Source: Vitrella brassicaformis CCMP3155 (taxonomy: Eukaryota; Protista; Chromerida). From it: a stretch of 64,000 bases of DNA. The stretch spans positions 1-64,000 of the forward strand of contig CDMY01000334.1 of NCBI GenBank assembly GCA_001179505.1, in the 5' to 3' direction. Made by a program: the position numbers and the translations under genes. The notes below the pieces were generated by a model, which saw nothing but the letters and a program-made list of their open reading frames with translations, searched no databases and had not been told where the DNA came from. Below, piece by piece: positions 24,811 through 39,152 of the stretch. Every line of letters starts with the position of its first letter. Position 1 is the first letter of the stretch.

Positions 24811-26213
24811 TGTCTCTGTGTGTGTGTGTGTGCAGCACTGCCCGGTGCGAATGAGATACCGGCGGTCGTTCTTCATTGACAAAGTAGGCAGATGACACAC
24901 ACGCACACACACACAGACACAGAGAGAGAGAGAGAGAGAGAGAGCGTCTTGTGTCATCTTGTGACGCTTTGTGTGTCTGTCCCTCCCTCTCTCTCTCTCT
25001 CTCTCTCTTTGTGGGTATGTGTGTGTGTGTGTTGATGGTGTGGATCGATCGGTCAGCAGGGCCGCGGCGACGTGTGGAAGGTCTACAGGCGGGAGGAGAG
25101 GATGGGCCAGGGACAGGTAGCCAACCAACCAAGAAACACCTGTGTGTGCGTGTGCAAATGGATGGATGGATGGATGCATGTGTCGCTATGCGGTGTGTCT
25201 GTCCGTGTGTGTAGTTCGGTGTCGTCTACAAGGTGGTGGAGCGCGTCTCTGGGGCCGTCAGGTGCACACTCACACATACCACACACGCTTGTGTGTGTGG
25301 GTGTGCATGTGGGTGTGGGTGTGGGTGCAGGTGCTGCAAGATCGTGCGCAAGCAGAGGTCGATTTCGACCCCAGAGCACTTCAGACAGGTGGGGAGGGGG
25401 GCCGTGCTGTATAGCCAACCCAAAACGCACATCGAGAGAATCCACCAATTCGCGTACACTGTTTGTTTGTCTGTTTGTCTGCCTTCATTCAGGAGGTTGA
25501 TTCTCTGCTCGCACTGAACCACCCGTCGGTGGTGCGGCTGCTCGAGTGCTTTGAGGACTACCAAAACCTCTACATGGTCTTCGAAATGCTCGAGGTGTGT
25601 GCATGTGCGCGTGAGGGCCACAGACGAGTTGATTTGATACGGCAATCCATCCATCCATCCGTGTGTGTGTGTGTGTGTGTGCAGGGGAGCCATCTGCTCG
25701 ACATTCTGCTCCGCACCTTCAAGGAGCAGCAGGTATCTGCCTGCCTGCCTGCATGCGACAGACGAGTGTGTGCGTGTGTGTGTGTGTGTGTGTGAGTAGG
25801 TGGTTCCCGAGCCCCGTGCAGCCCGTCTGATGATGTCGATAATGCGAGCAGTGGCCCACTGCCACGCCAGGAGGATCATGCACAAAGACATCAAAGTCAG
25901 ACATGACAGACAGACAGACAGCCAATCAGCCGGCAATCACAGAGAGGACACTGCACACATGTCTGTCTGTCTGTCTGCCTGCGTCAGCCTGAGAACATCA
26001 TGGTCACGGACGAGTCCTTCGACGAGGGTCAGTGACACACGCACACACACACACACATGTCTGTGTGGATGGTGTGAGTGAATGGTTCCCCTGTTGGGCG
26101 CAGCGCACACGCACCTGATCGACTTCGGCCTGAGTGAGATGTTCGCGCCTGGAAGCGACGTGTGGTCGTCCAGCAGCGGCGGCACACCCTACTACATGGC
26201 CCCTGAGGTGACA

Positions 26214-26260
<47 letters not shown>

Positions 26261-28383
26261 TGTGTGTGTGTGTGTGTGTGGATGGATGGGCGCCGCTCAG
26301 GTGTTTGAGAAGCGCTTCAACTACAAGTGCGACATCTGGTCATGTAAGCCAGCAGCCCACCGACTCACCCATACCGACTCACACACACACATACATGTGG
26401 CGTGTGTGTGTGTGTGTGTTTAGGCGGCATCTTGCTGTATCTCATGCTCACCGGCTACCTCCCCTTCTCGGCCGGTGCGTGTGTATTGCGCCCACCGCCC
26501 CGCCGCCCGTCCACCCATCTGATTCGTGTGCGTCTGGATGGTGCAGCGGACCGCTCTGAGTACCGGCGTGTCGTCAGAGAGACGAACCTAGAGTTCCCCC
26601 CAGAGCTCTTCGACGGCATCAGTGAGGTCAGTCTGTCAGTCTGTCTGTCTGTCTGTCTTTGCTTGTCGACACACACACTCGTGACGAGTGTGTGTGTAAA
26701 CGTGCCATGCGAGTTCAGGACGCCATTTGCTTGATCCGGTGGATGCTGGCCAAGTCGCCCGACAACCGGCCGTCGGCCTGCGAAGTGCTCAAACACAGGT
26801 ACAGTACGCCACGCACCTCCCTCTGCTGGTCCCTATGCAACTCACGCACACCTGACTGACCTGTCTGCCTGGGGGTGTGTGTGTGTGTGTGTGTGTGCAT
26901 CCTAAGGTGGTTTCGCGTCATGTGTTCGGACAGCGGGAATTCCTGGATTGACCGACACTGGGGCAGAGGTGCCACACATGCACTCACTCACACGCGATAC
27001 ATGCCATGGATCGACGGGTGTCGTGCTGTGCTGTGTGGGTGTGTGGGTGTGGGTGTGTCAGCTGCCACAATGATGCGCCACACCACCTCAAGGCACCAGG
27101 TATCCAACAGCACCTACACACACATACGAGTACACACAAGCCTGTCTGTCTGTCTGTGTGCAGGGGGACGGCCTCACCGCCCTGATGGACTATGCTAAGG
27201 TACCGAGGTGGCCGTGTACACCACACAGTATGTATACTGTCTGTGTCGCTGCCTGTCTGTGCAGAAGTCGTGCCTGTCGCGAATCATCCTCAACCTGGTG
27301 GCGCTGCACATCCCTTTCAGAGCCATACGCATGGCCCCCAAAATCTTCGCAGGCAAGTGACGGGACGGCGTGTGTGTGGACGTGCGAATGCATGGGTCTC
27401 TCTCTGCAAATGTGTGTGTGTGCGTTCAGAGCTTGACACGGACAACGACGGGACATTGAGCGAAGAGGAGCTGAGGAGGGGGCTTGAGCGAATCGGTGCG
27501 GTCACGTGTGCTGTGTGCGTGTGTCTGTGGACTTCTGTGGTGGGTCCGCTTCCTGCCTGCCTGCCTGCCTGCCTGCAGGTGTCCCTCCAAGCGAGATTCC
27601 CTCGCTCATTGACGCGCTCGACACCGACGCCGACCATGGTGGGCAAAGCTCTGTGTGGTGTGTATGGGTGTCACAATGTGTGTCGGCTGCTTGCCTGCAG
27701 GTGTGTCGTATTTGGAGCTGGTGGCGCCGTTGCTGGAGAGCGGCACAGAGGAGTTCCAGCAGACAGTCTGGAATGCCTTCAGACAGGCGAGCACTGGCAG
27801 ACGTTTGTATGCGATACAGGTGTGATGTGATGTGCCAGTGGTTGGTTGGTTGGTTGGTTGGTTCAGTTCGACCTCAACAATGACGGCATCGTGACGAGAG
27901 ACGAGCTCAGGCAGATGCTCGAGGTAGGTGTCTCCTCCACACACACACACACTGCACAAGCACAGCACACAAATGGGCTTCCGAACACACAGTCTGTCTG
28001 TCTGTCTGTGTGTGTGTGTGTCTGTGTGTGACCTGCAAGGGTGGAGGGCTGAGCGCGACACGGTTCGGCCTGCCCCTGACCGGTAGGCAGCTCAAGGAAC
28101 GAACGAATCATTCTGCCTACAGACACTACACTCGTGTGTGTGTATGTGTCTACTTTGTGCCTATAGAGCATGACACAGTAGAGTCCATCTTGAATGAGCT
28201 CGATACCAACAAGGACGGCTCCATTCAGGTGTGTGTGTAGGGTAGGCCACACACACACTGGTCGGTCGACACACGGACTGCATAGCTAACGTGTGTGTGT
28301 GTGTGAATGTCTCTGGCATTGTTCAGTTTGACGAGTTCCTGCAGTATCTTACCGACAGGGAGGGCCTCTTATTCCCCTCCTGA
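21688..28383 (+). CDS. Calcium-dependent protein kinase with long N-terminal extension containing extra EF-hand-like motifs (apicomplexan CDPK6-like architecture)
   Basis: GQGQ|FGVVYKV; RCCKIVRK; LNHPSVVRLLECFED; HKDIK|PENIM; LIDFGLSE; GTPYYMAPE; KCDIWS. Four C-terminal EF loops: DTDNDGTLSEEE, DTDADHGVSYLE, DLNNDGIVTRDE, DTNKDGSIQFDE. N-terminal HDLDQSSSLSLEE. The 5' exons and start are uncertain and there is one internal gap. Confidence 0.9.
22740..23039. other. Assembly gap (300 N)
   Basis: Run of N inside the CDPK N-terminal region. Confidence 0.99.
24114..24200 (+). repeat. Intronic ~43-bp tandem duplication
   Basis: Two adjacent copies of tcactcacccgaccc(g)ctcagcccagcccacacgtgtggatcga in a CDPK intron. 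Confidence 0.85.
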
Positions 28384-29184
28384 ACACACACACATACACG
28401 CACATTTGCTACTGTGTGCCGTCCATCAAGCCTCCGTCCGTCCCTCCCTCCCTCTGAGTGAGTGTGTGTGTGTGTCGGTCTGTGTACTCGTGTGTGTGCG
28501 TGTGTGTGTCTGTGTGTGCGTGTGTGCGTGTGTGTGTCTTATGCACACCGCCGTCCAGCCGACAGGCCCTATCTATTTTTGTATGTCGCGTGTGCACGTG
28601 TGCGCACTCGGCTGTCCGTGCCCCTGTCCACGGATACATGTGTGTGTGTGTGCCATGATACATGTCTTTGTGTGGGGGGGATGTGTGTGTAAACAGGCGT
28701 ACACCGCGGATGCGATGCTTGCAAGTCCGTGCGCTGCGCGTGATGGTCAAGGTAATACATATTATTGTGATTTGTTACCTGCCGACGTGGCCGGCGGCGT
28801 TTGTCGCCAGCTGTGTGTGATGCATCAATGGCACCCATCCCATCCACCCACCCACCATCTACCCTCTCTTAACGCCTTTTTCTACGCCTGCCTGCCTGCC
28901 ATGAGTGTGTGTGTGTGTGTTACTTGTGTATGTGTGTAGAGACTCCGGCCAGGCAGATCGATGGACGACCTGTCTCTCTCTGCCTGTGCAGTGCGTGTGT
29001 GTGTGTGTGTGTAACGAGAGGGACACACTCAGAGGAGCGAGGGGGACGTGCATCTAGCTACGTAGTCGTGTTTGTTTGCCTATAGTGTGAGTGCGGCTGG
29101 GCTGCTCTTGATTGACAAAAGATCGATGCGCATCAGCTCAGAGCGTGTAAGATCTGACACATATATGCGACCCACACACACACA

Positions 29185-32100
29185 CACATACACACCCCGA
29201 GCACTGAGCTGACCCACACACACGCACGACAGATTCTGAACAGAACAGGACAAGGGCTCAACACGAACCGACGGACGCCGGAGACACCACATCCATCCAT
29301 CCATCCACAGAGACACGCACGCACGAAAGCAGTGAGGCAGTCAGGCAGGCAGTCACGACAGGCCTGCAGGTGGGCAATGGCCGCAGGTACCAATCAGCAC
29401 ACGCAGGCCCTGGGCTGCCCCTATCTCTCCTTGCCTGCCTGCGTGGCGAAGTCCTTGAGTGCCTCGATGAGCGATCTGCTGAGCGCCTTAGTCTTTCTTT
29501 TCCTCCCCTATCTCCCTCATACTCCTCATCCCTTCTCGCCTGCGCCGCGGCCGCAGGCAAAATCGACACGCGCCGTCTCATGACTCTCATCCTTCGCTCA
29601 GACTGCAAGCTGGGGGCAAGGGGGCCTTGGAGTCCCGTCAGACAGTCCTGGGCCTTACTGGCTGCCCATGTGCCACAAAAAGGCTTACGGTGGAGGCTCC
29701 GAATTGGAGATCGGCGAGAATTGGAGACGGGACGAGAAATAAATCGAGACAAGCAAGTTTGTCCCACTTTTTCACAGTTTCCGTCCACGGTCGGCTCGTG
29801 AGCCTTCTTTCGACCACAGATCCCCCGCCTCTTATTCTTTTCACCTGCCTTTTGGCTGGTGTGGTCCGCCGCATCGCCTCCCGCCCCTCCCAACTCGTCC
29901 GGACGAAAACTGCCCCTTCCTTCCTCTACCGCCGTGCCACGAGCGAGGCCTCGGCCGGTGGCGCCCTGCCCGTCTGCTGAATGAGTGGCGACTCCTTGAC
30001 ACCTGCCTGGCGTCAACTGAGTGCGCGCACGCCTTTTTCTGCCTTCAAAACCTCCCCTAGGCCTCAAGTAAGTACAGTATATTGGCTAAGGTAATGGTAT
30101 ACAGTCCGGACCGCGTAAGTGGGTCACCGCATAAGCGGGTCGATTGCGTATGTGGGTCGGCCCATCCCGATCACTCCGTACACAGTCAAAAACGGACCGG
30201 ATAAACGGGTCAGCTCCCAAAGAGACTCAAATCAGCCATCCAAACCGACCATTCGTGGCTCAAAATGACCGCAAGACGATGAAGAACACCTCTGTGAAGA
30301 AGCGGACCGATGAAAGGGTTATTCCATGGAGAAATACAGACATTTTGATTGTCATCTTCCGAGATGACCCATTCTCGATGGTGATTTGCGACGAAAAGGC
30401 GAGTTTGCTCGGCGAGGTTGAGTCACGATGTAAACGGAAGAGCGACTGCTTCACTCCAGGCACGATAGACCCATTTGTGACAAACAAGAGGGTGGTCAAC
30501 AGAGTCACCTGAGGCATCTGATGACATTCATCCAGCCGAACAACGTTTGTGCAGCCCTGATGTGTTCGGGCTTCTTTCCTTCTCAGTCATCATGCATCAC
30601 TTCACCCTCCGCCCACCCACCCATCCACCCACCCACCCACTCATATCGTGCGAGCGATGCCAATTGACTTGATGCATTCGTCTGATGCATCCACTGCTGC
30701 AGGCGGCGGGGCGGCATGATTGATGTGATTTGCTTCCTGAAGTTCCTGTTATGCTTGCTGTTAATGCCTTTCGTGCCGTCATGGGCCATCAGACACCGTT
30801 TTGATGACGCCAAGTGCATGTGTTGACGACGAATCTTCTTGCAAAATCACTCAGGCTGCATCACTTTGCGTGGCGTGTGTGGAGATCAACGATGAATCAA
30901 ACATTCGGAGACATCCACGGGCTCTCGCAGCCATCCAAGGACTGATTGAATGAATGAGAGAACAGACGGTTTTTCGTCGTTGTGAGTGACTTTGAGCGAG
31001 AAAAAAAAGAGTCCACGGGCTTCTGAGAGGCTCCTGTGATTCATTCACAGCGAGATGTCACTCCAAAAGTCGCTGGAAAACAAGTGGGTCAGCTCTGTAC
31101 GTACGCATAAGCGTGTCAAACGCGTAAGTGGGTCAGCCCTGTACTGACCCACTTACGCGGTCCGGACTGTAATGTTTGGATGATGTTCAAGGATGACAAG
31201 GATGACTGCGTAGTCTGTTTCATTGCTGTGGTGATCTCACTGTGCCCTGCTGGCATGCTGATGTGCAGATGATGGAAGTTTGATTCTTTCTCCTGATGGC
31301 CGTCTCCTTTTTGTCGACAAGGCCTTGTCTCTCTCAAGTAAGTCAGGAAGCCAGTAAGTCAGTCAACTTCACAATGGACAGCTTGAGGACAATGATGAAA
31401 AGGAGAGGGTGGCGTTGCCAACAAGGAGCGCTTCAAAAAAAAACATGCGAGCCTTTGGCGAGAATCGCGGCGAGAATTCGAATTCTCGCCGTCTCGAGAC
31501 GGCCTTTTCAAGAAAAGGAAGCAGCGGACAGTTTCCACGCCAGCTCTCCTCATTTCCCACTGTTCGCCTCACATCTCCTTCGTTTCTTTTCATTTTTCGG
31601 CGGGAGAAGTCGGGCGCCACCCGCCCGAGGCCCACACAGCCCCCCCTGCTCGCCGTTTGCGAAGAGGACGAGTTGGCCACCTGACCGCCCCTGACCCGCC
31701 CGCCCGTCAGGCGCTGACATCGATCAGCCTGAGCCTCCCTCCTCCCTTGGTGAGTGGTCGTTGGCTTGTGTGGTCCGCCCATCCCCTCCGCTCCCGACTT
31801 GTCCGAATGTCGTCTGCCACTTTCGTCCTCTACCGCCGTGCCGCGAGTGCCTCAGCCGGTGGCTGGCGCCCTTTCTTCTGCTGAATGGGTGGAGACTACC
31901 TGACACCTGTCTGGCGTCAGCTGAGTGCGCGGACGCCTTCTTTTGTCTTCAAACTCAAACATCTTTTCAGGTGAGTCCACGTGTCATATCTCTTTTCCTT
32001 TTGGTTGGCTGCGGTGTCGGTATGGTGTGTGGATGATATTCGAGGATTACTGCGTGGTCCGTTTCATTGCTGTGGTGATCTCACTGTGCCCTGTCGGCAT

Positions 32101-33295
32101 GCTTGTGTGCAGATGATGGAAGTTTGATTCTTTCTCCTGATGGCCGTGCTTTTGACAGAATGCACTGTCTCTCTCGAGGTAAGTCAGTCAGTCAGTCCCC
32201 CACACACGCATCGACAGAGGTGTGCTCACTCACGGCGTTTTGGTTCCTGGCTGCGTGTGTCTGTCTATGATGTGTTCAGTCAGGGCGCGAGTCATTCGAT
32301 CGCTGGATGGATGGATGACCGTTGGCTCTCACACCTACCTTAATTACCAATCTCGACGGCAGGACCGAACAAGTGCAGGGACCTACGCGCGGCTCACCTC
32401 TACTTACATCAAGTAAGCAGGAAGCCACCCACCCATGCGCAGACAGAGGATGCATAATACATACACCCACACACACTGACAGGTTTCTGCTTCAGAGTTG
32501 GAGGTGTGGCTGAAGAGAAGAGAAGGCCTCATCAACACCCGGAGCACCACTGACTGATGCCGATCGTCTGTCGGTAATCAAGGGCAGATGGCGGTTTTAG
32601 GCAGTGTTTCACATACGTGTAAGCTAACAAGAAACGGAGAGACCAAACGCAAGCGAATGTCGACAAATTGAATGTCGAGGGGTGTGTGTGTGTGTGTGGT
32701 TCAGGGCCACGTGCTCATCACTGCTGAAGGGATGGAGGGATGGATGGTTGGAGGGTTTGATGGATGATCGCTGCCTACATTTTATATTTGGACGGGTGTG
32801 CACGGCGGGTTACAATGTCGGGGGGCAGAGAGAGGAGGGTGCACAATGTGTGTGTGTGTGTGTGTGTGTCTGTGTTTCGTTCAGGGCCACCTCTTCATCA
32901 CTGCTGGCTGGATGGTTGGATGGATGGTTGGATGGATGGTTGGATGATCGCTGCCTACATTTTATATTGTTGGAGTAATGTGTGCACCCCCTCTCTCAGC
33001 GGCTGGCCTTTCCGCCGCGAGAGAGGGTTTCTTTTCACACAACTCCAGTCTCTGCAATTATTTACAACGCGGGAAGTCTTGTCTCTTGTCCCTTTCCTTC
33101 TTGGTCACGACACATCGACCCATTCATTGACTGACAGGTGAGTGGAGAGGGGGGAGAGGAGAAGAGAGCCACACACAGACAGACAGAGACACACTTGAAG
33201 GCGCATACGTATGAACGAACATGTGTGTGTGTGTGTGTGTGTGTCTGTGTTTCGTTCAGGGCCACCTCTTCATCACTGCTGGCTGGATGAAGGGA
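29185..33295 (-). repeat. Dispersed composite repeat, copy 2 (most complete, inverted, carries the nested MITE)
   Basis: Reverse complement of both copy 1 (292-1630) and copy 3 (55327-56740). Contains two diverged internal direct repeats of about 0.4-0.45 kb flanking segment A. Confidence 0.88.
30102..31169. mobile_element. Non-autonomous Tc1/mariner(pogo)-type DNA transposon (MITE), 1068 bp
   Basis: Perfect 25-bp TIRs: cagtccggaccgcgtaagtgggtca (30102-30126) and its reverse complement (31145-31169). TA duplicated on both sides (30100-30101, 31170-31171). Empty site present in repeat copies 1 and 3. No recognisable transposase ORF. Confidence 0.93.
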
Positions 33296-33988
33296 GGGAA
33301 TGCTACAGGGTGGCATGAAATGACACACAGACAGTTAACACACGAGAAGATCAATGATATACCGCTGCGCTGATGAAGGGAGGGAGATGTCAGCATCTTT
33401 CCCGTGTTCTAAAATTGAGCAGCGCAGGGTAGCCGTTGTGAAACTGACATATTGTGCCAAGTGAGTTAGGGAAGGACAAAACAGGAGGGAGATCGGGGGA
33501 GAACTGAATCATTACATCAACACCCATTCGGCACAACCACAAGCCGACCCGGGAGCAGTACGTCAATCCATCTGATGGATCGTTGTGTGGATATGTGAGT
33601 CGGGTGGGACGAAGGGATGTCACTGATTGAGTGATCTGACTGACGTATGGCGTTGCTCGTCATATCCATCCATCCATCCGTCCATCCACACTCGTTCTCT
33701 GAGCCATTTAGTGAATGCCTTGACAGCTCCCTCTGCTCATTGATGATGTTAACCTCCATCCAGTCATTCAACTCAACCAACGTCAGTCTTTCAACAAGCA
33801 GGCCAGGCCAGGCATCACACTCACTCAACCAACACACTCATCCCCCCATCACCCATCCATCCCATGGACGCAACGCAGCCAGCCGGGGCTGTACATCACT
33901 CGAGTGAGTACCCACACGCACACGAACACAGGTATACGCACACAACACACATATCCATCTGCTTGTTCGTCTGTCTACATCTACATCA

Positions 33989-38831
<4,843 letters not shown>

Positions 38832-39152
38832 AAGTCATCAAACTCTCGCGCCAGACAGACGCACGTGTGCACGTCGGCGGTGAGGGATACAGATGTCGTA
38901 CCGCCTGTTCTTGAAGGAGGTGTCGACTTGCTCCTCAACGCGCCCGAGGGCCGCCTCTCGGCTGGCTCGTTTAAAGATCTCTTCTGTGGAGGGCAAACGC
39001 AACTCACCCTTGCTGAAGGCGGCGAGGAGGTGCTGCTGCTCGAGAGCGGCGGCAGACGTCGACACTCGCAGAAAAAAAAAACAGGGTCCGCCGATACCCT
39101 TTCGGCCCCCAAAACTCCGGGTCCCTCTCCCTTCGGCAACAACCCCGTCCCG

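Noticed and set aside
30144-31048. Short ORFs inside the MITE as transposase remnants
   Set aside because: No HTH or DDD/DDE motif could be recognised in any of them.
30102-31169. Sub-terminal GCGTAAGTGGGTCA repeats as a CRISPR-like array
   Set aside because: Irregular spacing, degenerate copies, eukaryotic context, no cas genes, and fully explained by transposon ends.
29185-33295. Calling the composite repeat an LTR retrotransposon or TRIM
   Set aside because: The direct repeats are internal and diverged, and no TG..CA ends, PBS, PPT or TSD were identified. Left unclassified.
33355-33435. Imperfect stem with a TGATGA box (possible C/D snoRNA)
   Set aside because: The stem is weak and there is no convincing box D or guide. 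Not supportable without a covariance-model search.
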